A DNA stretch of 64,000 nucleotides from Lingula anatina (GCA_051362555.1 CM120644.1:7820954-7884953); one strand, 5' to 3'; shown: positions 14,223 to 27,269, counted from the first letter of the stretch. Numbers and translations: made by a program. The notes: generated by a model from the letters alone, not told the origin.

Positions 14223-17200
14223 CTACAGAATCAGTGAGAACAGTGATAAAATGAAAAGCAGCGAAAAAGAGTTCAAATACAGATTGCTCTCCGCGGAACA
14301 CTTTGGCGTGGTTTCCACATTCATAGCGTTACAATGGTTCGAACTGCAGCACTGCGTGTATTGTGAATATCCACCAGTGTAGACACATTGCGCAGAGCCC
14401 TCTGGCGGGCAGTCACCGGCGCTCATGCATCCTCTATCGTGTCGGTATGTATTGGTGGACGCTGTGTTTTGGTTTGTAGCATTGGCCTGAAATAAGTGAA
14501 ACTTGATATCAAACGTACACCGTTGTTTTAAACGTGAGCATGAAACTTGAGCAGGTGAATATAAAGTAAATTACGTTCATCAACCAAGTCTGGGCAGAAA
14601 AAAAATTGTAATGAATAAAGACAATCAGAACCGTTTGGCTGAGTATATTGAGCCATACAGTGTGTGTGGGGAGGGGGCTAAATGAAACTTATCTATTATC
14701 ATGATACTTACAAAACATTTGTTTCCCTCCGTGCACGCTGTGACGACAGTGCATGCAGCAGCGCACGACGTAGCATCCGTACATATATTAACATTTTCGC
14801 AACTGTAACACAGTAGGAAGGCCTGAAATTAAAACACGCAAATGAAGATATAGACACCATTGTCATATGAATTTAGTATGCTTTCAAAGCCAGTAACTAT
14901 AATAACAGAAGAAGTCTATTTTAATACTCTATCTGTTTATATAATAAGCGGGGCGTGACCATTGTTATATAAAACCCTTTTGTGTAGCCGGTGTATATCC
15001 ATATGGTAAACAAGAGCATTGTTTAATATATATTGAGATATCAGCTGAAAGTTTTGTCGTGAAATTATAATTGATGCAAGACCATCATTTTTCGTAGAAG
15101 CAACATTTAAAACAATTTCTAGCAACAGACGAAGTATGCTTTGACAAACATATCACCAAAACGATTTTCACGAAGCCCCAAATTTGATTTTAAACATTCT
15201 CTTTGTTTGACCGTTAATTACCTCTGTTGTTACTGTAGAAGGTGTTGTTGCACCTTTTGTCGTTGTAGATACAGTGACTGAGCTGGTACCGCTAGACGCC
15301 ACAGAACTTGTTGCAGACGTTCCAGAACCTGCCACAGACGCCACAGAACTTGCTGCAGACGTACCAGAACCTGATGCAGACGCCACAGAACTTGCTGCGG
15401 ACGTACCAGAACCTGATGCAGACGCCACAGAACTTGCTGCAGACGTTCCAGTACTTGTTGCAGACGTTCCAGAACTTGTTGCAGACGCCACAGAACTTGC
15501 TGCAGGCGTACCAGAACCTGATGCAGACGCCACAGAACTTGCTGCAGACGTACCAGAACCTGATGCAGACGCCACAGAACTTGCTGCAGACGTTCCAGAA
15601 CTTGTTGCAGACGCCACAGAATTTGTTGCAGACGCCACAGAGCTTGATGAGGCTGCCATAGAACCTGTCGTTGACGCTGTACTTACCGTTGCCAAGGAGG
15701 ATGTCGAGGGTGAGTTTGATGCTGACACCACAGAATTTGCTGAAGACGAGGAACCTGTTTCTGACGTTGAACTCGTAAAAGACGTCCCCGTCGCCGAGAG
15801 TGAAGATGTTGACGTTGTCATCGAACTTGCCGTTGCTAAGGAACTCGTTGATGATGTTATTAATGATCCTCCCGTTGCTGACGTACTTGCCGCCGTTGTT
15901 ATTTGTGAAGCAGTCGCTGCTGAGGAGCTGGTAGACGATGTTATTTGTGAAGCAGCCGTTGCTGAGGTGATGGTCGGCGATGATGTGAGTGACTCAGGCG
16001 TTGCTGAGGAAGTTGTTGGCGATGAGGAACTGGAGGAACTTAGCATAGAAGATGTTGTGCTTTCAACAGCTAAAACATGCAATTTGAAACCTCAATTTCT
16101 TGGCGTGATTTCACGACAATACTATAATACGTAACATATGTAATGAACAACATTCATCATCAATGCGACCGTTACAAAATGAAATATATGTAGCATGTAG
16201 CTGAGGGTGACTAGAGTTCACTAACTGACCATAGTACATGTCACAGTGCAAAATGTTGCAAACACTTAACTGACTTCTAAGAAAAGCCGGGCAGATACAG
16301 ACATACTGAAATTAATTTTCTTATACGGTAATCTCCGCCCGTAACGTACGGTAAATACAGATATCCGTTTCATTACGTTGAACTGCCAAATTTGTGCATG
16401 AGATAGTTATTTACATTGTCATACTTCTACCTAATGAAAAGTGGTAAATTGTAATCAGAATAACATGCACAAATATCGTTGCATATTTTAGGCGCTAATA
16501 TTATTCTGTAAATTTGTTAAAAATCTACCCATTTTAAAGGGAGAAGGATGACCTCCATGGCCTAATATCAGAGAGAAATGATGGAAAACTCTTTGTTTAA
16601 AGCATGAGTACTACATGTAATGAGTGGCATTTAAGTCTAAAACATTTCCTCATGGACAGATATCAGTGGTAGTGACTAATGGTGTGAAGGTTATCAGATA
16701 TATCACGTTCCTTTATTTCGGCATATTTCTTTACCAGAAATCTTTGACGTTTTATATCAGTCTAAATGTCCTGTGCGTTATGCTTTACGATATCATATGA
16801 ATACACGTCGCTTACCTTCGCAAACCCCGGAACTGACGTCATCAGAATATGTGCCGTTTACACACTGAATGGTGGACGTGTTGGTCCCTGCAAACGTGTA
16901 GCCACTTCCACACGTGTAGCTGACATTTGCATAATTATGACAACACACGTCACTGCAGTTGATCCCGTTGGTTGTTGACCACGTGGCATTTGCTACTTCC
17001 GGTGGCGCTGCGCAGTCGAGGTATTCAGTGAGCGCTAACAGTTAAAAACGACATAGAATTAGATGCAACGAAATTAGATGAACGTATTTGAAACTCTTGT
17101 CCACTTAGGGGATTGGAATGTTGGAATGCTTGGTGAATGTGAGTTCAACAGACTTAACAATGATATTTACAAGAGAAGGGAAAAATTGATTAAAAACAAT

Positions 17201-18525
17201 CCAACTTACACCTGAAGCACACATAATACCCGAGAGCAGAACAGTTATGCTGCTCCCAGTCCATGTTCGTGTCTACTTTAGCAGCATAGCACTCTCCAGG
17301 AGGGGCGGTGTCGTTATGATTGTAGCCAGCGGCCCACGCATTGGTCCTGGTGACGGTGGTGTTCGTTGCCGAATACTTCCACACGTCACCGTTGTTGCTC
17401 TGGACACCGATCCACGCGGTGGTGATGCCTCCAGATCTGAGGAGGCGGAGAAATGGTGTGAGTAAATCTCCATGCACACGTGAAGATACAAATCAAACAG
17501 CTTCAAGCTCATACGTCAGTGTTAATAAATTTTAAAGAATTGCAGACCTTTTTTACTTGTTGTGGTGCAATAAGAGAGGCATAAGTAAAAACCCACATTT
17601 TCTAAAATAAGAATGGTTTCTTTTTCTTTTTAAAGGTGAGTTACAGAGTAAATCTATAAGTTTTATCTGGTAGCAAGATGGACCATTACGAGCATTTTTC
17701 AGTGGAAGAGAGAATAAAGATTGTGTATTTATTTTTGGCCCTCGTATTGTGCCCCACCCTGTAAAAAAGGAAAAGGCTGCAATTCATAAACACTGACGCA
17801 TGAGTTTGATGTTGATGCCGTACATATCCCGTACATTGGCAAATTTCATTTCAAGTCCCGTCTAAGCATTCTCTTTGTGAATTAGTTAAGAGTTTATAAG
17901 GCAGTTGTTAGCAGGGATTTTGATATTTACTGATTTTAGCACGACAATATGCGCAGTATTGATATACTTACAACTCACTAATCACGTCCAAGTTGTATGT
18001 AAAGGCGGTATACGAATCATACAGGTACGGCTCTGGAAGAAACCCACATATCGACGTGCACCCATCCACGGCGCCGTTATAATCCGTCTGGCTGTCCGAT
18101 ATACAGACGTCAAAATAGTTACCAGTTGTGAAGGTTGGGCAGGCTGCCTCAGCTTAAATGATATGAAAAAAAATTTTTTTTTGACAAATTTGTGACTGTG
18201 AATTGGTGACGAGTGACAAGTATGTATCGCGTCACGTGTGGACCACGTGCTACAGAGTGGATAGTCATGTGGTGTCCAAATGGGATCTGATAAATTTATG
18301 GCGATGAAGAAACAGATCTACCATTAGGCTTATTCTGAAGCAATACTCAAAAAGAAAATTTACACAACAAAATACAAAAAAATGCATACCTAGTTTTTTA
18401 AAGTGTTTTTATAGATTTTCATAAGAAGTTCCTAAGATTGATCTTTTAAAAATCCACTAATCGTTACATTACATACCGAGCACGACGCAGGTGGCGATGG
18501 ACAACAGAGGCAACGCCAAATTCAT
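14223..18525 (-). CDS. Secreted/GPI-anchored mosaic glycoprotein: C-type lectin-like + sushi (CCP) + mucin stalk + Ly6/uPAR domain, 632 aa, 7 coding exons
   Basis: Exons 18525-18477 (signal MNLALPLLSIATCVVLA), 18152-17972 and 17436-17210 (CTLD: C...AVDGC...AWIGV...W...ECY...WEQHNC...YYVC), 17034-16816 (CCP: CAAPPEVANA...YTCGSGY..G..TIQCVNG...C), 16069-15222 (S/T/A-rich), 14822-14712 and 14486-14223 (LU domain LLCYSC...RGC...CCSSNHCN + hydrophobic C-terminus with no cytoplasmic tail). All GT-AG, phases compatible, 1899 nt ending in TAG. Confidence 0.88.
15290..15645 (-). repeat. Coding minisatellite (21/42-nt units, ASSVASASGSGTSA) in the mucin exon
   Basis: Repeated gcagacgccacagaactt / gcagacgtaccagaacctgat units visible on the + strand. 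Confidence 0.9.
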
Positions 18526-19039
18526 CTGAAAAAAATAATAAAAGAATGATGTTTTTTGCCTTTAAACAAAACACGGGGAACCTGCTAACCATTGCTACGG
18601 CAAAGCATGCAGGACGATGAAGACAATCATAACACCCACATTGAATGGGCAGTAATGGCAGAAATGTAATGGCAGAAATGACATAGATCTTTAAAGAAAC
18701 AGTGGCCAAGATGGGATCAAAAACTTATAGAGAACAATGTGTCAGCTAGTAGTTCAACGACTATCATTCATAAGTTTTGACACAGGTGGTTCTGTCAAAA
18801 AAAGGTACGTCACAGAAGCGAAACCCGCTGATAAATGCCCAAAAAAAAAAATCAAACTTACGGTTTTCAGGCGGGACACTAAAATAATTGCCTGAAGGTC
18901 AATGCACAGATTTTAGAGGTACGATTACTCAGAATATGTAACTCAATGACATTTTTTTTTCTGTTTTAAACTGGCTATTTTGATGACCAATTATTTTGGG
19001 AAGCGTAACAATAAAATCATTCTCATGTTACCTCCTCGC

Positions 19040-19198
19040 TTTTTACTACCCAATTACGATTTTTCTTCATTCATTTATAGTATTCAAATACTTTTTACTA
19101 CCCAATTACGATTATTTCTTCATTCATTTATAGTATTCAAATACTTTTTACTACCCAATTACGATTATTTCCACATTCATTTATATTATTCAAATACT
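19040..19198. repeat. Tandem repeat, ~53 bp x 3
   Basis: ttttactacccaattacgatt...cattcatttatagtattcaaatac occurs three times in tandem. Confidence 0.85.
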
Positions 19199-22100
19199 AA
19201 TATGTTGTGAAATTAACCTTGCCAGTACAAATTCAAACCTTGCTGCTTTTTATACCTGTAAATCACCAGGTGTTCCTATTTTGGCAGACGTACCTATTTT
19301 CGTTTTGAGGTGACAAATGTGCGTGTAAACTGAAATCACGAACTTGGACCACGTACTCTCTGTACAGTGGGGTTGTTTGTCAACCAGGTCGCCCGTTAGG
19401 TTGACAAAGCTTTTTGTTCAGCAAAATTGTATCGGAAACGCATTAGTGAGTCAATACACAATATTGCGTTCCCTTTACTATTCACAGGTTAGACTTCATT
19501 ATAACCGTTTATAGAATCGGCACCGCTTAATACGCATTTTTTATTTACATTTACCTACAGTGATAAATTGTTCGCCTTATTTACATTAGTTAATATTGCG
19601 TACTAAATAATACTAGCTAATGGAGTAGGGCTGCTACACTGAGGACATGCCCGGGTACGATGGAGTGAATTCGTGTCCTTATAACGCGCACGGCGAATAA
19701 GGTTATGAATTGAAAGCACCTCAACGGGAAAGGAGGTATGAAATTACTGGATCTGAAAGCAATTGGACTTTTTGGCAGGTTTTCATTTTCATTTGCACTC
19801 AATTGATATTTGCCCAGTAGCATTTTGATATGCCGTTTTCGCTGCTGACACGTAAACGATGAAATTTCGGTTTACGCTGAGAATGAACAATTTGCTTCGA
19901 TTCAAAATGACTGACGTCTAATTCTAATTCTCATTTGATGATAATAAGTTTCAATAATTATTTTTTAAGAGCTCGAATCACACAGATTAAAAACTGAGCG
20001 TAAGTTTTCCTCCCACTCAGAAGAAACGTAAAAAAACGTTTTGCATGTCACCATGGATAGTTTTTGTTTGAGGAGGTTCAAGACACAACACTCAAGAACA
20101 AAAATATAATTTCCTATTTATTCACACCACCCATTGCCTATGATTTATATGAACAACTGTGGTTGAACTTGGACGAATAAAACAGTTTTCTTCCAAGGGT
20201 TGAAGTAAGCATAGCCGTGCGCTTTTACGGACAACATTAAATCGGTCTCACCTCTGTCGCCAAAAGGGACTTAAATTTACGCAATGGAATAAGACTCGCA
20301 CCAATGTTGAAATAAAAGGAAATAAATTCGACCAAAAACTCTTTAATAACGTCTTTATATTTCCCAGTTATTTCGACTTGATTGCAAACTATAAAATTGA
20401 AAATCGTAACAGTATGCTTGTGCTTTACAAAGTTACACGCACAGCAGCGGGGGAAAACATTGTTCCTCTTCCTCCAGAAAAATAGAAAACGGACATTAAC
20501 AATGCCCATGCAGTGAAATCAAAGACGGTGCTTTGTTGTTTACTTATAACAGGCTTCATATTCAACGAGGCATTATAGCATCGGGCATGTATCATATTCC
20601 ACCAGTTTGAGTCTTAATAAACTAAAATAATATTATGATTAACGTTTTAATCTGAATTTGGAATGAGCTAGAGGGGCCTTTGTCTGGTTGTCAAAACACT
20701 CCATTAGATCAATGCTTTTGATTACTTATGTTACCTGGAGTTCTTAATGCCTGCGTTTGTTAAGTTAACTTTAAGTGAGACCTACCTCTGATTTGCTTAA
20801 CAATTTGCAGTTGGTTTTATGCGATCAATTTGTGAGTCAAACTAGTCTAGTTATCGTGTAGGGAAAGCTTTGGTGTGACGGCAGGTGCAGCTCACCTCCT
20901 AACTGGCAGACAATAATAGAGTCATAACTTTCAAGCAACATATAAAAATGCCTATATATTTGGAGAAGAATGACAGAAATTCATTTAGAATATACAATTA
21001 CTTACGAATTAATGAAATTGATGGATATTAATTATACAACCTTTTGGTGTAACTCTCTTATTTACACAATATTCTAACTAAGCAAAAAATATAACAAGCC
21101 TTAATGAGCACTTTTAATTAACTTGAATAAAATACGATCGAAGTATTTTATCATTGGCTTATATAGCTTGGGATATTTATGGATTTGAAAATTATTTCAG
21201 TTCATTTTTGTTTTCACAGCTTTCCTATGTCGTCACCAACCATTCACTAAGAATTCACAAGATAAATAATATGTGTGCTCCCAAGCGTGGCCGAGCTCAA
21301 ATCTAATGGATATCTTTTATATAGTATCACAGACTTGAGCACATTCACAACGGTTAAGAATAATAAATAATAATGGTTATGATAATAATAATACTCAATA
21401 CTTTGATATCGCTCTCCGAATGGATCTCAGCACTGTAAATAATATAGACATTTAAGCTTAGAATGAGAAAGCATACCAAATAATGGACATATACTTGGCC
21501 AGACTTGGTGCAAGTAGTTGTCAATAATATGGACATTTCAGCTTACAATGAGAAAGCGCACCAACTAATGGACACACAAACTTGACCAGACCTAACACTG
21601 CAGGCAAGTTGGTTATGTGTGCATTATCCGCTGAAACCAAAGAGGCCTTGAGGGGCGCTAGATTATTCCACACATTTCCCTCTTTATGATTTCTATGCAT
21701 TCCTTTATTAATACAGCTTGCTAAGCTGACCGTACAAGCGGGGGATTGAGAATGGATTGTATTAATGGGAGGGTGGGTAAAACCAATAGTGCACAAGGCA
21801 ACATTCAAAATAAAGTGTTCTAGTGTGTCCAAACCAATTGCGACCATGTCACGGCACTTTCTAACAGGTAGAGTCGTCAGTACTGATGACTAAACAAAGG
21901 ATTTTCAATGAACAGCAAGCAAAGGAAATTACAATATAATATATTAGTACAAATGAATAACAACTTGGCTCGGTCAAGTGAGCAATAACACAGAACGCGT
22001 TAATCCCCTATAGTCCGAAGTCACTCCTGCTTTGTACGTTTAATTGAGAGCGGTCAGTTAAGGCGGTGATATTTGTATTTATAACTGTCTGACTTATGCT

Positions 22101-24307
22101 GAGGTTATATTTCTATAATATCACGGAGAAATCCGATATATGTAACTTTCATTATACTGGCCTTGTTTTAATTAAAATGATTCAGAAATGTACAAAAAGG
22201 GAATCGATACTTTTAATCGAAAAAGTTGGGAAACGTAATAACAGGGATTTACTGTGAATGGTTTTATCGATGTTGATAATCAAAAAACAGTGAGACATGC
22301 ATAGAGTTTATAACTCACTTTTCTATTCAACCAGTGATGAGAAACACAAATGAAAGTCTTTAGGCTTAAATGTCTAAGCTATCGCAATATAGGTCTTCTA
22401 TGTATATAAGAATAATCCTATATTTTGATCTCGTTAGGGCCTATAGACACGGTTTCTCTGCAAAAAAAAAATAATAAAATAAAAAAATGCTAAAATCATA
22501 TTTCTTTCGCTTGATTAAATTTAGTTGTTGGTCAGTGATTATCATAGATTATCTCGCTCAATATATCACATATTATAACTCGAGTGGTAGTTATGGGGTG
22601 TGCTGCAATAAATTTGCGTCTCTAACTAATTAAATGAAATAATGTGCACCAACATATTTATCAGTCACGTTCCTCCACGGACAGGTCTCCTTCCAGAGTA
22701 CGATATATCCCAACAAATCATCATGTAAAATATTAATGATAATTGTAAATAATTGACTGCAGCTAGTCATCCAACTATTATTAATGTCGGTTTTCCATTT
22801 TTCTGGAGGAATAGGGACAATGTTTTCCCCCGCAACTGTGAGTGTAACTTTTATAAAGCATAAGGTGTTATCCAGCTACCATCTCCATCTTGGTTTGGCC
22901 GTTCCACTAGCAATCAACAATAATTAAACCAATAATATTTCGTGACGTCGGAACACACTTATCTTTAGTTTTTTCCTCGAAAAGGAAAAACCCATACAAT
23001 GCGAAAAATCACCTTACCTTTAATGGTCCAGACAGTAAATGTGAGATCGACAAATAGTTGAGCAAATTTCACCACACACCCTTATTGTTAACCCCTACGC
23101 TAATTTGTGCACAGCAGAAGATGTTGACATAAGACCGTTGAATACCTTTAGTTGGTGACATATGATTATCAGGGGTCAAGCGAACAGAAAAGAAGAAGCA
23201 ATCACGTGTTGTAGGTGTATTACCGGGGGCAAGGTTATGGGGAAGTTTATCTGTAGGGGTCATCACCATGGTAGCGGGAGGTCAGAGGTGCCGTGAAGCT
23301 CAAAGGAGGAACATTTTTAGTCAGGGAGTTCGTTATCTCTTTCCTGAAAAATATGAAGAAGACGCAAGATAGCATTACTGATTACTATGATCCATATCAT
23401 ATTCTATTACCGAGAAAGATATCTTATTCATTTACAAAAGATGTCATTTTGCGCTTTATTTTTCGTTCTATTTATATACCACAAAGCAAACCGACGTTAT
23501 GTAATTTACTTGTAGAGCGTGGGAACACAATCACATTCAAATGACAACTCATGACACATTGCGATAGAGAAGCCGCGACACAATCTTGATTTGCCCATTA
23601 GAGTACAGCTTTATAAGCTTGACCTTGGACCCAACGTGTGGTGTGTTCTAGGTTTGACAAACTCATAAACGGGGCCAGGGGAGGGTGGTGAGTGCTTCCC
23701 CTCCCCTTTAAAAAGCAAAACAAGTTATCCACCTCTTCCGAAAATATGAGAAAAGTAACCATATTTCCTATTGTAGGAGCTGGGGTGTACAGAAGACTAG
23801 ACCTCATGAAAATGTTTGACATTTAACAGAATGTTACATTGGGGGTCAGAATGGGTCTTTTTCCTCTCTTGTAGACCAGGCTGGATAGACTTTTTTTTCT
23901 GGATCACCACAAGGTTGTCACATGACAGTGGGCACGTTATCAGCCACTGCCAGTTTACCGATAGGCTTATAAGATTATCTCCAAGGGCGAGGTGCGCAGA
24001 CGGATCCGTTGTGACGGTAAGTTTAGATCTACCAGGTACCTGTAAGTGTACAATAGGATTCAGGGTGGTTCTTCTGTACAAGTATCTTAAATCATTGAGA
24101 TAGATTTTTAATGAAGTAGAAAGTTGACTGTGTTTTCTACAGGACGTATTTTGCCATTTATCTTAACCAGTGGATAACTTGGTTGTTCCAATCGTATTTA
24201 TTCCATGTTTTAAGCACATATTCACCCGTGTGAATATACATATGAACAGAAAAGACCACGTACCCCTTCGCTCATAAGCGCAAGAAAAAGCTCAAGCGCG
24301 CTCGCGT

Positions 24308-24349
<42 letters not shown>

Positions 24350-24774
24350 GGAAAACAACACTTCGATCGGCAAGGGTGACAGTGCCATATATTGACCTGG
24401 AGTTTGTTGCACGAGGAGATAAATCTGTTAGAAACTGGCACCTATGACCTGAATTTCTTTTTATTATCGCGCCGCGGAGATCATTTCAGAAAAGGACGCC
24501 CCCCTCTCCTCCCTGAGCTTACGGATGAATTTATCAAGTTATTAAATTTAATCTAAAGAGAAAGTTAAATACATCTCAGTTCGTGAAATGTTGAAAAGAG
24601 GATAGACAAACATAGAAATCATGGCGGTATGCATTGGATCAAAGATTGAGTCACTGCTTAAACAGAGCGCGGTATGGTTAAAACCAATTTAGAACATTAT
24701 TTAGGAGCTTAATAACGTGAGCGTTTTGAAAATATCAGTTTTTCGTTACAGGGTTTTTACACCTCTATAACGAG

Positions 24775-27255
24775 ATGGAAAGACTGGGAAAATTTGGCTC
24801 TCTTCAAACTAGTTATTACCATAGACCGTTGTCCACTGCTGCTGCCTACGTCACGCTGCCTGAGGTTTTCGATTCCACGGCGACTAGGCTGCCCACCAAG
24901 ACTGCCGTGGTGGTATACCAGAGTCGAGACAACAGAGAATGCCTGACATTTGCTGAACTGCAGGTACACTGAAAAAATAATGCCGTGACAAAACAGTAAT
25001 AGGAGAAAATGAAGAAAAAGTATAAATTGATTTTCCTTAAATCAGTTTTCGAAAAGCGTTTGAAACTTCAATGAATTATCTCTCGTTTCCATTTCCCCTG
25101 CTGATTGTTAATCAACCACTTTTTTCTTTTTTTTCTTCCAGAACCAATCCAAGACTCTAGCAGCAGCTCTGACACGGCGAGGATATGCGCGCGGAGACCG
25201 CGTGGCCTTTTTCGCGCCAAATTGCATCGAATACTTCACAATCCAGTTAGCACTGAGTCGCATTGGCTGCAATATTTTTCTCCTTAGCAACCTCAACGCC
25301 CTGGAGTCTGACGTGTGGCAATACAAGTGTCGGGCCCTGTTTATGTACATAAAAAACAATGAAGAGGTGGACATTTGCAGAAAGTTAGTCGACAGAAAAT
25401 CTCGCGAGAGTGTGGAAAAAGACGTGATCATCTTTGGTCCAAACTGTGACGTCCCCATGGAGGGGACCGTGCCCCTGGCCAGCGTCATGGCTGCAGGAGC
25501 GGGACATGACTGGGATGACGTCAAAATTAAAGCTGGAGAGGTGGGGTCAAACCCGGATGACCCTTACTGCGTCTTCTTAACATCGGGTTCTACGGGTAAG
25601 CCCAAAGGAGTCCAGTACACCCATATCAAGTACCTACACCAGTGCAGCGTGCTGCATTCAACGGCTATAACGGAAGACAGCTGCTTCTTCAACGACCGCC
25701 CTGTGACTTGGCTGGGCGGTAGTATGACCTTGCTTAGTATGTCGGTGTTTGGAGCGACAGGAGTGACGGTGAATTCTGCTCTGGTGGTCGGCGGGGGAGA
25801 CGTGGATTTTGTAATTGGAGTCTTGAAGCGGGAGGTGTGTACAGATGCAGTGATGATGCATTATTTCATGGTGGATCTTCTACGTCGTTATAACCCGGAG
25901 ATCCACGCGGTACCCTCTCTACGACATATTTTAACAGGGGGCCAGAGGATGGATGTGGACGTCTTAAAGAAGATTCAGGCTCTATTGCCACACGTTGAGT
26001 ATCTCGTGGATAGTTACGGTTAGTTATATCACCAATTGTTGAAATAGGCGTTTATCTATTCATTTATTATTATTATTATTTTTTAAAGATATTTACATTC
26101 CATTAGCATTCATCTAACTATAATCAAAGTAAATTCTTGTTAAAGACAATATTTATTCGACAGTATATCCTGTGTACTTTATCCATATTGTACCTACCAT
26201 CGAACGTGAGTAGTTATCTTTTGCACTTCTATGTTTTCTACAGAGTCACTTTTTTAAAGAGCAGGTTGGGGGAATGAGCAGTCAATGTTCCCCATTGTCT
26301 TTGAGCATAAATGCGGGGATACCACCCTCCCGTTGATCACTCAAAACCAAAACAGTATTTTTCAGTTTTGGAAACGTTGACAAGGTACGGAAACACCCGA
26401 GAATCACCAAACGGTGCCTTTATTACTTGGGTTATTGGTGAGGGTAAGATTAAAAGTGGGAAGTCACATTCTTTCGAATGCACCTCACAGGGTCAGAGGC
26501 TCGACAGACGAGCGCCATGGTAATCAAGCTAGAGGGCTGATACACATGTTAATGTGTAACCCGTTCTCCTAAAACAATAAACATGATCCTTGACGTTCTA
26601 TTTGTTAAATGAAATCTGATGCTTTTTTACAGGGTCTGCTGAGTGCGGCCTTGTTTCAGTTGCCCAGTGTTGCCACACCTACAAGGCTTCTGACGGTGAA
26701 GAAATTTTCGACGGCATCGAAGTGAGAATCGTCGACGAAAACCACCGAGACGTCCCTCGCGGAACCAGCGGCGAAATCTGCGTGCGTTCGCCGACCGTCT
26801 ATGCCAACTGCTACGTGGACAACGAGGAAGCATCCAAGGCAGTGATTGACAACGCTGGATGGTATTGCACCGGGGACATCGGAGTTATCGACGCAGACGG
26901 GAGACTCGCGATAAGCGGCCGCAAGGATGACATGATAAAGCGAGCGACTGTTAAAATATTCCCTGTCGATATTGAGCCGATACTCAAGCAACACTCCGCC
27001 ATAAAAGATGTCGTGGTGATAGGCGTGCCTGATGATCGGTTAGGGGAGGAAATCTGTGCATGCGTCATACTAGATGATGCGTCCTCATTGGCTGACGTAA
27101 AGAGCTGGTGTAAAGAGCAGTTTTCTGTCGGACCTGATGGCCTATCAATAGCCCCTGTGTTATCCGTGCAGTTTTCTCAATTTCCCACGACTGCCTCTGG
27201 GAAAACTGATAAACGTTTGGTGAAACAGGCGGCACTGGACTATTTGAAAGTATGA
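24775..27255 (+). CDS. ANL-superfamily adenylate-forming enzyme (acyl-CoA synthetase-like), copy 1, clade A, 562 aa
   Basis: Exons 24775-24963, 25142-26018, 26633-27255 (1689 nt, GT-AG). P-loop LTSGSTGKPKG, YGSAE across intron 2, GEICVRSP, TGDIG, GRKDDMIK, GVPDDRLGEEICA, PTTASGK. N-terminus (TA.RLP.K.A.V...LTFAEL...GDRVA..APN) resembles ACSF2-type enzymes. Confidence 0.92.
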
Positions 27256-27269
27256 CTTCCATATGTGTT

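Noticed and set aside
15274-16134. 286-aa acidic repetitive ORF on + (and the LLQTPQN ORF 15308-15661)
   Set aside because: Antisense shadows of the Ser/Thr/Ala repeat exon; the minus frame has splice sites in phase with flanking exons, the plus frames have no supporting gene structure.
19040-21600. CRISPR-like or structured-RNA interpretation of short repeats
   Set aside because: Repeats are contiguous tandem duplications without unique spacers, in eukaryotic DNA; no tRNA or rRNA signature was recognised anywhere in the window.
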